From positions 512,001 to 576,000 of the forward strand of contig CAVUDW010000003.1 of assembly GCA_963740355.1 (NCBI GenBank): a stretch of 64,000 bases of DNA. Reading direction: 5' to 3'. The notes under the pieces are model-generated. The model had not been told where the DNA came from and did not search any database. It saw nothing but the letters and a program-made list of their open reading frames with translations. This document shows positions 30,314-40,290 of the stretch, piece by piece (position 1 is the first letter of the stretch; each line of letters begins with the position of its first letter). The stretch is from an uncultured Gemmatimonadaceae bacterium (GTDB lineage Bacteria > Gemmatimonadota > Gemmatimonadetes > Gemmatimonadales > Gemmatimonadaceae). A program made the position numbers and the translations under genes.

Positions 30314-30467
30314 CCCTTCGGGCTCCGCGCAGCCTGCGCCGCGGCCCGAAGAGATTCGCCTGACATCCGTTGGCGCAGCCGAGCCCTGCTCGCGCACGCC
30401 TCCCTCACCGGTGACATGGGTGCATTGCTCCTGCGTCCCGTGGTGTTTCATCCATAACATCGCCCGA

Positions 30468-31889
30468 ATGACCCTGCACGCCTTCTTCACGGGGCGGCCC
30501 GCCGCGCGTCGCGCGCTCCCGCGCCATAGCGTCACTTACGGCGTCCTCGCGACGCTGCTCGTCACAGGCGTCGCCGCGCCGCAATCGCCACCGGCGCTGA
30601 CGCTCGACGCGGTGCTGTCGTCGGCCGCTCGGCAGCACCCCTTGCTCGATGTTGCGCTCGCGCAAGTCGCGGCCGCACGCGGAAGCCGCCGCACCGCCGG
30701 CACTCTGCCCAACCCGGTCCTCACGTACTGGACGGAGAGCGCGCCGTTCCCATTTCAGGCCGCGCGCCCTGAACTCGAACGCGAGACACAGGCGTACGCC
30801 ACGATGCCGCTCGAATTCCTGTACCAGCGCCGACCCGCCGTGCGAGGCGCGGATGCGCGGATCAACGCGGCCACCGCTGACCTCTCGCGTGCGCGGCAGA
30901 CGATTGCGCTCGACGCGGCGCGCGCGTTCTACCGTGTGGCCGCGGCGCAGGTGACGGTCGATGGCCTGCTCGACGTGCGCGCGCGCGTAACCGACCTGAT
31001 CGCCTACAACACCGCGCGCGTCCGCGAAGGCAAGACTGCCGAGGCGGATCTCATTCGCACACAGGTCGAGGAGGATCGTGTTGATGCGACGCTTGCACTC
31101 GCGGGGACGGAACTCACGACCGCGCGCGCCATGCTGATCCCGTTCCTCGGCGATCCGACCGCAGTCACCGACTCGGTGCGTGTGCGCATCGATGACGACT
31201 CAACGATGCGGGTCGGCACGATGCCATCGCCCGCGACGTCACTGGCATCCCTCATGGCCACGGCGCGGGCCGCGAGACCCGACATTCTCGCCGCACGGGA
31301 GCGCGTTGCAGCCGCCGACGCCGACGCGGCATATCAGCGTACGCTCTCGCTTCGCCAGGTGGGGGCGACCTTTGGCAGCAAGCGGACGGCCGGCATCACC
31401 TCGATGATTGCTGGATTCACGCTGCCGTTTCCCCTCCTCGACCGCAATCGCGGCGCCGTGGAGCAGGCCACGGCCATGCAGCGCGCCGCGACGGCGGAGC
31501 TGGCGTGGACGGAACGCCGCGCGGCATCTGACGTGCAGGCGGCGTACGCCACCGCGCAGGCGCTGTCCGCACAAGCGACGCGCCTGCGCGGTTCCATGCT
31601 CTCGCGCGCCGAAGAGTCGCAACGCATCGCTCTCGCGGCCTATCAGGAAGGAGCGATCAACCTCCTCCAGGTGCTCGACGCATCGCGAACGCTGGCCGAC
31701 GCGCAGCAAACATGGTACAGGCTGCTCTTCGCCGAGCGCGAGAGTCACCTCGCGTTGCGCGCAGCCATCGGCGATGCGACACTCGGCGCGCCGCCCGACG
31801 ATCCCGCTCGCTCGAAGCGCGCAGATCAATCCGGCGCGACACCAGCCACTGCGCCATCACACACCCGCCCCACCGGAGAACGCCCATGA
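30468..31889 (+). CDS. czcC: CzcC-like outer membrane factor
   Basis: LPNPVL, PLLDRNRG, AYQEGAINLLQVLDA. Confidence 0.82.
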   Translation: MTLHAFFTGRPAARRALPRHSVTYGVLATLLVTGVAAPQSPPALTLDAVLSSAARQHPLLDVALAQVAAARGSRRTAGTLPNPVLTYWTESAPFPFQAARPELERETQAYATMPLEFLYQRRPAVRGADARINAATADLSRARQTIALDAARAFYRVAAAQVTVDGLLDVRARVTDLIAYNTARVREGKTAEADLIRTQVEEDRVDATLALAGTELTTARAMLIPFLGDPTAVTDSVRVRIDDDSTMRVGTMPSPATSLASLMATARAARPDILAARERVAAADADAAYQRTLSLRQVGATFGSKRTAGITSMIAGFTLPFPLLDRNRGAVEQATAMQRAATAELAWTERRAASDVQAAYATAQALSAQATRLRGSMLSRAEESQRIALAAYQEGAINLLQVLDASRTLADAQQTWYRLLFAERESHLALRAAIGDATLGAPPDDPARSKRADQSGATPATAPSHTRPTGERP

Positions 31890-33124
31890 GGCGAAACGTG
31901 ACTTTCCGAGCGCCCGGCACTGCCGCGCATCACAAGCACCACCTCCTGTTCGCCGCCCTGATTACGGCATCGGGCATCGGATGCGCGAAGTCCGACGACG
32001 GTGCCGCGAAGGAAGCGCCGACGGACACCGCGCAGGCCGCATCGGCCCGGGCGACGGTCAGCATGACGAGCGCGCAGGTGCAACACGGCGGGGTGGAGTG
32101 GTCAGCCGCGGTGGCAGCGTCAGCACGCACTGTGTTGGAACTTCCCGGTCAGCTCGTGCCGAACGAGGACCACACGGCGTACCTCGGCGCGCCGGCGGAA
32201 GGGCGTGTGGTGTCGGTGCAGGTCCGGCCAGGTGACCGCGTCGCCGCTGGCCAAAGCCTCGTCACGTTGCAGAGCGGCGCCGCCACGGACGCCCGCGCTG
32301 ATTTCAGCAAGGCAACTGCGGGGCTCAACGCGGCGCGCGCCTCCGCAGCGTTCGCACGCGCAGCGCGCGAGCGCGCCGAGCGACTGCTCGTCGTCAAGGC
32401 GGCGTCACGCGAGGAGGTCGAGCACGCACAGACGAATGACGAAGTCGCGCAGGGTGCCCTGCAGCAGGCCGAGGCAGAACTGTCGCGCGCCCGCACTGCG
32501 CGCGAGCAACTCGGTGCTACGTCGGCGGAAGGGACGATGATCCTTCGCTCGCCACTGCGCGGCGTCGTGCTCAGTCGCGATGCGACACCCGGCTCCGTTG
32601 CCGCCGCCGGAGCGCCGCTCGTCGCCGTCACCGATCCCGCCACGCTTTGGCTCGAGATCGCGGTGTCGGACCGGCAGATCGGCGCCCTTCGTCAAGGGGC
32701 ACGCGTGCGCTTCAGCGTGCCGGCCTTCCCGGCCGACTCGTTCGAGGCGCGTGTGCAGAGCGTCGGTGGTGCGCTCGACACGACGAGCCGCACGGTGCCC
32801 GTGCGCGCACTGGTCGTGAACAAGGACGGACGACTTCGCCCCGCGATGTTCGCCACGACCTTCATCGAAGGTGGTGAGACACGACAGGTGGTGAGTCTGC
32901 CGAGCGATGCCGTGCAGCTGCTGGACAACCGCGCCGTGGTGTTCGTGGCCCGGGCTGACGGCAAGGGCGGTGCGACGTTCGAGCGGCGTGACGTCGATGT
33001 CGGCACGAGCGCCGGCGGCCGCGTCGAGGTGGTGCGGGGGCTCAGTGCTGGAGAGATGGTCGTCACGAGCGGCGCATTTGCGATCAAGTCGGAGTTCGCG
33101 CGCTCGAAGATGGCGGGAGGCTGA
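31886..33124 (+). CDS. czcB: CzcB-like membrane fusion protein
   Basis: GRVVSV.V.PGDRV, LRPAMF, GAFAIKSE; GGAG RBS. Confidence 0.85.
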   Translation: MRRNVTFRAPGTAAHHKHHLLFAALITASGIGCAKSDDGAAKEAPTDTAQAASARATVSMTSAQVQHGGVEWSAAVAASARTVLELPGQLVPNEDHTAYLGAPAEGRVVSVQVRPGDRVAAGQSLVTLQSGAATDARADFSKATAGLNAARASAAFARAARERAERLLVVKAASREEVEHAQTNDEVAQGALQQAEAELSRARTAREQLGATSAEGTMILRSPLRGVVLSRDATPGSVAAAGAPLVAVTDPATLWLEIAVSDRQIGALRQGARVRFSVPAFPADSFEARVQSVGGALDTTSRTVPVRALVVNKDGRLRPAMFATTFIEGGETRQVVSLPSDAVQLLDNRAVVFVARADGKGGATFERRDVDVGTSAGGRVEVVRGLSAGEMVVTSGAFAIKSEFARSKMAGG

Positions 33125-33128
33125 GCCG

Positions 33129-36100
33129 ATGATCGAAACAATCATCGCCGCCGCGCTGCGCTTCCGAATCGCGGTCGTCGCGTTGGTGCTGCTGCTGATC
33201 GCCGCGGGCAGCTGGTCGCTGTCCGGGCTGAACTACGACGCCTTCCCTGACCTGACGCCGAATCAGGTGCAGGTCATCACGCTCGCCCCTGGCCTGTCGC
33301 CGAACGAAGTCGAGAACCTCGTCAGCTACCCCATGGAAACGGCGATGATGGGGCTGCCTCGGACCGCCGGGGTGCGCTCCATCTCGAAGGCCGGCATCTC
33401 CGTCGTCACGATCTCGTACGACGATGACGTCGACACGTATTTCGCGCGTGCGCAGGTGCAGCAGCGGATGCAGGACGCCGTCGCCAGCCTGCCAGTCGGC
33501 ACACAGCCCACACTCGGTCCACCGGCCACGCCGATGGGCGAGGTGTTTCAGTATCTCGTCGAGGCAACGGATCCGACGCAGCCGCAGTCGTTGATGGCGC
33601 TCAAGACGCTACAGGAATACACGATCAAGCCGATGCTGCGCACGGTGGCGGGCGTGGCCGACGTGAACTCGTGGGGCGGCATGGTCCAACAGTTTCACGT
33701 GCTTGCCGACCCGAGCAAGCTGGCTGGATACGACCTGACGCTGAAAGATCTCGAGTCCGCGCTGTCGGCCAACAACGGCAACTTCGGCGCGGGCTACATC
33801 GAATCGCAGGGTGAGCGCTTCACCGTGCGCGGGCTTGGCCGGCTGGGCGACACGACGGACATCGGCAACGTCGTCGTCGCGACGAGGAAAGGCGGTGTGC
33901 CGGTCCACATTGCTGATGTGGCGCACGTCGAGATCGGGCCGATGCCGCGGGAAGGCGCCGTGTCACGTGACGGTACCGGCGAAACACTCTCGGGCATGAT
34001 CGTGATGCTCAAGGGTGCGAACGGCCGCGAGGTCGTGACGGCCGTGGAAAAGCGCCTGCTCGACATCGCGCCACTGCTGCCGCCGGGCGTCGTGATCCGC
34101 CCGTTCTACAACCAGGGTGAGGTGGTCGACCGCACCACCAGCACGGTGTTTCGGAACCTGCTCGAAGGGGGACTGCTCGTCACGCTGATCCTCTTCGTGT
34201 TCCTCCGCAACCTGCGCGCGTCGCTCATCACGGCGTCCGTCATCCCGCTCGCGCTGCTGTTCGCGTTCGTGTTCATGAAGCACTACGGCTACTCCGCGAA
34301 TCTGATGAGCCTTGGTGCGCTCGACTTCGGCCTGATCGTCGATGCGTCGGTGGTGATGGTCGAGAACTTCGTGCGACAACTCGGCCACGCGGGGCGAACG
34401 ACGACGGACGAGCGACGGACGATCATCCGCCGTGCTGCCTTCGAGGTGGGCCGCCCCATCGTGTTTGGCGTCTGCATCATCATCGCCGTCTATATTCCGA
34501 TCTACACGTTGCAGGGCCTCGAAGGGCGGATGTTCATCCCCATGGCGTTCACCGTCTGCGTCGCCGTGCTCGGGTCGCTGCTGATCGCGCTGACGTACGT
34601 GCCGATGGTGGCGTCGTTCGTGCTCACGCGTGTCGAGGAAACGCCGGCGCGCTGGTTCGAGGCATTGCGAGGCCGGTACGAGCGCGCGCTCGCCTGGGCG
34701 CTGACCCATCGCGCCGCGGTCGTCGGCAGCAGTGCCATCGTGCTCGCCATTGCGCTCGGATCGGTGCCGTTCCTCGGGACCGAGTTCATGCCGAAGCTGG
34801 ACGAAGGCTCGATGCTGATCGAGACGCGACGCCTGCCGAGCACCTCGCTCCCGCAGGGCATGAGCATCGCGAAAGAGGTCGAGAAGACGCTGATGACCTT
34901 CCCGGAGGTCAAGAGCATCGTGACCAAGATGGGCCGGCCGGAACTGGCGACGGAGACGATGGGTCTGTACGCCGGCGACGTGTACGTCATGTTCAAGCCG
35001 CGCAGTGAGTGGAAGACCACGTCGGCGAGTGCGCTGATCGTGAAGATGGACTCTGCCCTGCACCAGATTCCCGGCATCGACTACAACTTCACCGCGCCGA
35101 TGGCGATGCGGCTCGACGAGGCGATCTCCGGCGTGCGCACGGAACTCGGCATCAAGGTCTTCGGCGACAGCCTGCCGATCCTGCAGGAAAAGGCTGCAGA
35201 AATCCGCGACATCGTCGCGAAGATTCCTGGTGCGGCCGACGTCTCGGTCGATGTCAGCGCTGGGGCCATGCAGGTGGAGCTTGCGTTGCGCCGTGATGCG
35301 CTTGCACGCTACGGATTGAACATCGCCGACGTGCGCGAGGCCGTGCAGGCCGGCATCGGGGGCGTCACCGCCACCGAGGTCATCGACGGGCGCAAGCGCT
35401 TCCCGGTCGTCGTGCGGCTGGCCGAGGCCTATCGCGGCACGCCGGCCGCCATCGGTCGGCTGCTGCTCACCGCGCCGGGGGGTGAAAAGGTGGTGCTGTC
35501 ACAGGTGGCGGACGTGCGCGTGGTGGAGGGGCCGGAGCTGATCAATCACGAGGATGGCGAGCGCATGGTCGTCGTGCAGTCGAACGTGCGCGGTCGCGAC
35601 CTCGGCGGATTCGCCGCGGAAGTGCAGCGTGAAGTCGGTCGGCGCGTGACGATGCCGCAGGGCTACCTGGTGACGTACGGTGGACAGTTCGAGAATCAGC
35701 AACGCGCAATGAAGCGCCTCACGCTGATCGTCCCGCTCGTGCTGCTGCTGATCGTCGCGTTGCTGTATGGCAGTTTTGGCAATGCGCGACAGGCCCTGCT
35801 GGTGATGCTCAACGTGCCGTTCGCCCTTGTCGGCGGCATTGCCGCGCTGTGGCTGCGGAGCCTGAACCTCAATCTCTCGGCGAGCGTCGGCTTCATCGCG
35901 CTCTTCGGTGTGGCGGTGCTCAACGGCGTGGTGCTCGTGGCCTACATCAATCAGCTGCGCGAGCAGAATGTGCCGCTGTCCGACGCGGTGCACGACGGCG
36001 CGGTGACGCGCCTACGGCCCGTGCTCATGACGGCCCTGGTTGCGGGTGTCGGATTCATCCCGATGGCCGTCTCCACCAGCGCCGGCTCCGAGGTGCAGCG

Positions 36101-36281
36101 GCCGCTCGCGACCGTCGTCATCGGCGGACTGATGACGTCGACCCTTCTTACGCTCATCGTGTTGCCCGTGGTGTACGCGTGGCTCGAGGAGCGCTGGCCG
36201 TCGTGGGCAGCGGCGTATCACGCGAGACGGGCGCGGCGGCGCGCCGCGACGGTGACACCGGCGGCGGAGCCGATGACGTGA
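33129..36281 (+). CDS. czcA: CzcA-type heavy-metal RND transporter
   Basis: DAFPDLTPNQVQV, SLGALDFGLIVDASVVMVEN, GSEVQRPLATVVIGG. Confidence 0.92.
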   Translation: MIETIIAAALRFRIAVVALVLLLIAAGSWSLSGLNYDAFPDLTPNQVQVITLAPGLSPNEVENLVSYPMETAMMGLPRTAGVRSISKAGISVVTISYDDDVDTYFARAQVQQRMQDAVASLPVGTQPTLGPPATPMGEVFQYLVEATDPTQPQSLMALKTLQEYTIKPMLRTVAGVADVNSWGGMVQQFHVLADPSKLAGYDLTLKDLESALSANNGNFGAGYIESQGERFTVRGLGRLGDTTDIGNVVVATRKGGVPVHIADVAHVEIGPMPREGAVSRDGTGETLSGMIVMLKGANGREVVTAVEKRLLDIAPLLPPGVVIRPFYNQGEVVDRTTSTVFRNLLEGGLLVTLILFVFLRNLRASLITASVIPLALLFAFVFMKHYGYSANLMSLGALDFGLIVDASVVMVENFVRQLGHAGRTTTDERRTIIRRAAFEVGRPIVFGVCIIIAVYIPIYTLQGLEGRMFIPMAFTVCVAVLGSLLIALTYVPMVASFVLTRVEETPARWFEALRGRYERALAWALTHRAAVVGSSAIVLAIALGSVPFLGTEFMPKLDEGSMLIETRRLPSTSLPQGMSIAKEVEKTLMTFPEVKSIVTKMGRPELATETMGLYAGDVYVMFKPRSEWKTTSASALIVKMDSALHQIPGIDYNFTAPMAMRLDEAISGVRTELGIKVFGDSLPILQEKAAEIRDIVAKIPGAADVSVDVSAGAMQVELALRRDALARYGLNIADVREAVQAGIGGVTATEVIDGRKRFPVVVRLAEAYRGTPAAIGRLLLTAPGGEKVVLSQVADVRVVEGPELINHEDGERMVVVQSNVRGRDLGGFAAEVQREVGRRVTMPQGYLVTYGGQFENQQRAMKRLTLIVPLVLLLIVALLYGSFGNARQALLVMLNVPFALVGGIAALWLRSLNLNLSASVGFIALFGVAVLNGVVLVAYINQLREQNVPLSDAVHDGAVTRLRPVLMTALVAGVGFIPMAVSTSAGSEVQRPLATVVIGGLMTSTLLTLIVLPVVYAWLEERWPSWAAAYHARRARRRAATVTPAAEPMT

Positions 36282-37552
36282 GCGACGAGCGGAACGCCGA
36301 GCCCGGGCTGTGGGCGAATCGTGATTTCGGTCGCCTCTTTGCTGCCCAAGTGACCTCGCTCGTCGGGAGCGGCGTCACCAGCATTGCACTCGCGGCCCTC
36401 GCCTTCCAACTCGTGGGCTCCGACGCGACGGCCGTGGTGGGATTCGCGCTCACGCTCCGCATTCTCGCGTTCGTGGTCCTATCGCCAGTCGCCGGCGTGC
36501 TCGCGGACCGCGTGAACCACAAGCACATGCTGGTCGCTGCGGACCTGCTGCGCGTTGCCATCATAGGCGCGTTCCCGTTCATCACCGCGATCTGGCAGAT
36601 CTATGTGCTGATCTTCCTGGTGAACGCAGTGACGGCGTTCTTCACGCCGACGTTCGAGGCGTCGATTCCGGAGCTGGTCGGCGAGCGGTGGTACACGCGG
36701 GCGATCTCGCTATCACGCGTCGCGACGGATCTCGAGACCGTCGGAGGCCCGCTGCTGGCGGGCATTCTGATCGCGGCGGTCGGCGTGCGGTGGACGTTCT
36801 GGTTCGACGCGCTGACCTATGTCGTGTCCGCGGCGCTGGTCTGGCGGTCACGCGTCCCGAGCGCACCAACGCCGACGACGCCGTTTCCATGGCATGGCTT
36901 CGTCTCGCAGATCACGCACGGCACGCGCGTCTTCCTGCGCGAGCCGTCGCTGCGGGCTGCACTCTTCCTGCACTTCGCCGAGGCCGCAGCGGGCGCAGCG
37001 GCCATCGTGTCGACCATCGTGTACGTGCGCGCGACGCTCGGGCGCTCGGAGACGGCGTTTGCGGTGGCGATGGCAGCTGTCGGCGTCGGCTCCTCGGTTG
37101 CCGCGTTGCTCGTGTCGCGACGCGCGGATAGCGCGCAGGGGCATACCGCATCGCACCGGTGGGCGCGACACACCCTGCTTGCCGGCGGCGTACTGCTTGG
37201 CGTCGCGCTGTTGCCGGGCGTGCTGCGGCCGCCGTACGTCGTCTTCCTTGGCTTGTGGGCGCTGAACGGCGCCGGGCAGGCGATGATCGCGGTGGCGTCG
37301 GCACGGCAGCTGGCGGAGCACACGGTGCCAGAGGAGCGCGGACGTGTCTATGCCGCGCACTTCGCGCTGACGCATCTCTGCTGGCTGGCGACATACCCTG
37401 CGGTTGGATTCCTGTCGCGCGCGGTGGGCGTACCGCGGACGTTCGGACTCGCTGGGGTCGTCGCGCTGCTCATGACCGCGGTCGCCGCGTCAATTCGACC
37501 CGCCGTGCCGACCCGCTTGACGGATGTTAGTGGCGGAGAGATTGCCGCGTGA
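36278..37552 (+). CDS. MFS transporter (NreB-like)
   Basis: NRDFGRLFAAQVTSL, GVLADR, YAAHFALTHLCWL; GTGA overlap with czcA. Confidence 0.8.
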   Translation: MSDERNAEPGLWANRDFGRLFAAQVTSLVGSGVTSIALAALAFQLVGSDATAVVGFALTLRILAFVVLSPVAGVLADRVNHKHMLVAADLLRVAIIGAFPFITAIWQIYVLIFLVNAVTAFFTPTFEASIPELVGERWYTRAISLSRVATDLETVGGPLLAGILIAAVGVRWTFWFDALTYVVSAALVWRSRVPSAPTPTTPFPWHGFVSQITHGTRVFLREPSLRAALFLHFAEAAAGAAAIVSTIVYVRATLGRSETAFAVAMAAVGVGSSVAALLVSRRADSAQGHTASHRWARHTLLAGGVLLGVALLPGVLRPPYVVFLGLWALNGAGQAMIAVASARQLAEHTVPEERGRVYAAHFALTHLCWLATYPAVGFLSRAVGVPRTFGLAGVVALLMTAVAASIRPAVPTRLTDVSGGEIAA

Positions 37553-37721
37553 TGCGACATCATATGCCCGACTCTGCGGCGCCGACGACGGAGCGTTCGC
37601 GCGCCATGCGCGTGCCGCCACAAGGATTCGTGCGAACACGAGACCGGCGCAAATACAGCGCGACCCCCTGAATGAAGGTCGCGCTTTTCATTCGATCCGC
37701 TCACCCGCCGAGTACACGAGC

Positions 37722-37890
37722 GGGGACATCGCGCAGGCGCATCTGACGAAGATCCGCGCGAAGATGGCTGAACTGCGTGCGCTCGAACGCGATATCGTGG
37801 CGTTGGTGGACAGGTGTGACGCGGCATGCCTCGGCGGGCCGGGCCCGGACTGCGTGCCCTCGGTGCAGCATGTCGCGCAGGGCTGGGCGC
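37722..37890 (+). pseudogene. 3' remnant of a MerR regulator (copy of 26655-26820)
   Basis: [24 protein letters not shown]...CLGGPGPDC with no HTH. Confidence 0.8.
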
Positions 37891-37934
37891 AACGCGACCG
37901 AGCGCCGTGGCGTGGCGTGGCGTGGCGTGCACGC

Positions 37935-38286
37935 ATGCACCCACACGCTGCTGGGGTACGTCGTGGCCGCCGTGGCGGAGATCGGCGGCCGCTTCTGCTT
38001 CTGCTTCTGCTTCTGGATCTGGCTAGGCTTGCGCCGTAGTGCATGGATCGCGGTCGCCGGCGTGCTATTGCTGGCGCTCTTCGCATGGGCGCTCACCCGC
38101 GTCGACAGCGCCTTCGCCGGTCGCGCCTACGCCGCGTACGGCGGGGTCTACATCATCACGTCGCTGGCGTGGCTGTGGACCGTGGAGGGCGTTCGGCCGG
38201 ATCGCGCCGACGTGATTGGCGCCCTGCTCCGTCTGGTCGGCTCCGGCGTGATCCCGCTCGGACGTGCCGCACTGAGCGCTCCGTAG
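37935..38286 (+). pseudogene. ynfA: ynfA pseudogene (second copy)
   Basis: +1 insertion right after the ATG, (GCTTCT)4 expansion at 37991-38014, non-conservative substitutions. Confidence 0.8.
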
Positions 38287-38347
38287 GATACGGCACAACG
38301 TGCGACGGCTGCCGCGTAGCAGATTCTTCCGAACGCGCGCAGCGCCG

Positions 38348-38981
38348 TCAGCGCGCGCCAGCAGTGCGCATTGCGCTGAGCTCTTGCTGCGCGTGACGCA
38401 GGACCTGCGCGGCCCCAGACAATGAAAGCACGCCCATGATCATCGCCACCGCGATGTCGGGCCAGCCCTGTCGCGTCGTGAAGACGCCGGCCGCGGCCGC
38501 GACGACGGCGATGTTGCTGATAGCGTCGTTGCGCGAACAGATCCACACCGACCGCATGTTCGAGTCACCGGTCCGGTAGCGATACAACAGCAGCGCGACA
38601 CACACATTGGTAGCGAGCGCGATCAGCCCGATCACGGTCATGACCATCGGTTCCGGCACACGTCCGCTGGCGGCGACGTAGATCGGCGTGTGCAATGACC
38701 CAGATGCCGAACGCCCCCATCGTTGCCGCCTTGAGGACGGACGCACGTGCCCGGATCGACATGGCGGATGCCAGAACGAACAGGCTCAGACCGTAGTTCG
38801 CCGCGTCACCGAGAAAGTCCAGCGAGTCGGCCTGCAACGCGGACGAGCCAGACGCAATGCCGCCGACGACCTCGACGACGAACATGATCGCGTTCAGCGT
38901 CAGGGCGATCCACAGGACTCCGCGGTAGCGCTGCCCCGGCGCAACCGTCCCACAATCAGGTCCCGTGCAGCACGCGCTCAG
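38348..38981 (-). pseudogene. CDF family cation efflux protein (short type), frameshifted near 38686, CTG at the start position
   Basis: ALQADSLDFLGDAANY, NMRSVWICSRNDAI, WPDIAVA; GGAGG RBS precedes CTG-SACC. Confidence 0.8.
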
Positions 38982-39026
38982 ACGTCCTCCGCTTTGCAAA
39001 GGTGAGCCCTTCCCAGCGATGAGTGA

Positions 39027-39057
39027 ACGCTACACCTTGTAGTCACTACAAGGTCAA
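39027..39057 (-). promoter_or_regulatory. CadR/PbrR-type MerR promoter TTGACC-N19-TAGCGT
   Basis: Perfect 10-1-10 dyad ACCTTGTAGT-C-ACTACAAGGT at 39034-39054. Confidence 0.9.
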
Positions 39058-39067
39058 GGAGCAGATC

Positions 39068-39508
39068 ATGGCGACGGCACCCACGACGACGGCCGGCGAC
39101 CTCACCATCGGCGTGCTGGCGGCCCGGACGGGCTGCACGGCGGAAGCGATCCGGTACTACGAGCGGGAGGGCGTGTTGCCGCGCCCCGTTCGTGCCGGCT
39201 CAGGACGGTATCGTCGCTACACCGATGCTGACGTGCAGCGCCTGTCGTTCCTGCGCCGCGCGCGCGAGCTGGGCTTCAGCCTCGACGAGGTGCGCGCACT
39301 GCTCGCCTTCAGCGACGGCGACCCGCGCCGCTCGTGTGCCGATGTGGATTCGCTCGCCCGCGCCCATCTGGCGCAGGTTGATGGCAAGCTCTCGCAGCTG
39401 ACCGCCCTGCGCGGTGCACTCGCCGGCATCATCGACCGGTGCAGCGGCGGGCTGGCGGTGGCGGACTGCCGCATCCTGGATGCACTCGCCGGGGGCGTGC
39501 ACGACTAG
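39068..39508 (+). CDS. MerR family regulator, divalent-metal (CadR/PbrR/ZntR-like) type
   Basis: AAGGAG RBS, IRYYE, RSCADV and CSGGLAVADCRIL (three-Cys pattern). Confidence 0.9.
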   Translation: MATAPTTTAGDLTIGVLAARTGCTAEAIRYYEREGVLPRPVRAGSGRYRRYTDADVQRLSFLRRARELGFSLDEVRALLAFSDGDPRRSCADVDSLARAHLAQVDGKLSQLTALRGALAGIIDRCSGGLAVADCRILDALAGGVHD

Positions 39509-39527
39509 CGCACTGGCGACGCCCCAC

Positions 39528-40290
39528 TCATCCGCCCGCCATCCCCAGCAGCAGGAACACGAGGAAGCCCGCGAAGAACATCGCCGTCGCCGTCTGCGTC
39601 TCCGGCACCTCGTGCGCCTCGACCAGCAGTTCTTCCGTCACGAGATAGAGCAACGCAGCACACCCGAACGCCAACACGCCGGCGAGGGTGTGTTCTGACG
39701 CCCCGCGCAGCACAGTCTCACCCAGCCATGCGCCAACGGGCAGGAGCAGCGAGACGGCAAGCGGCACGCAGATCGTGCGCGTGCGACTGGCCCCGGCATC
39801 CGTGAGCTGGGCCGCCATGGCAAGGCCAAGGGAGAGCAATTCGAGGCTCAGCGCCGCGGTGAGCAGCATGCCCTCTTTCGCACCCGCCGCGGCGGCGATG
39901 CCGACCAGCAAACCATCGATCAGAATGTCGATGCCGATGGCGACGAGCTGACCGGTATCGACGCGCCCCGCCTTCGATTGCTGTGCCGGTGACACACCGT
40001 CGCCCGGCTCGGCAGCACCCGACTTCGAGCTTCGTTGCGAGACGCGCGAGCAGCATCATCACGAGCACACCACCGGCAAAACTGAGCCCGATCTCCCACG
40101 GATCGTGTACGCGCGTCACGTCGGGAAGCAGCTCGACTGCCACGACGGAAAACACGACGCCGGCCGCGAAGTGCTGAATGGCACTCCGGACCCGCGCTGA
40201 CGGCGGTCGGAATGCCGCGATGGATGCGCCCATGACCATCATCAGCACTGGCACCAGTGCCAGCGCGAACACGGGGATCGTCGTCGACAT
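39528..40290 (-). pseudogene. ZIP family metal transporter, frameshifted near 40019
   Basis: QHFAAGVVFSVVAVELLP, IDILIDGLLVG, LYLVTEELLVEAHE split over two frames. Confidence 0.8.
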
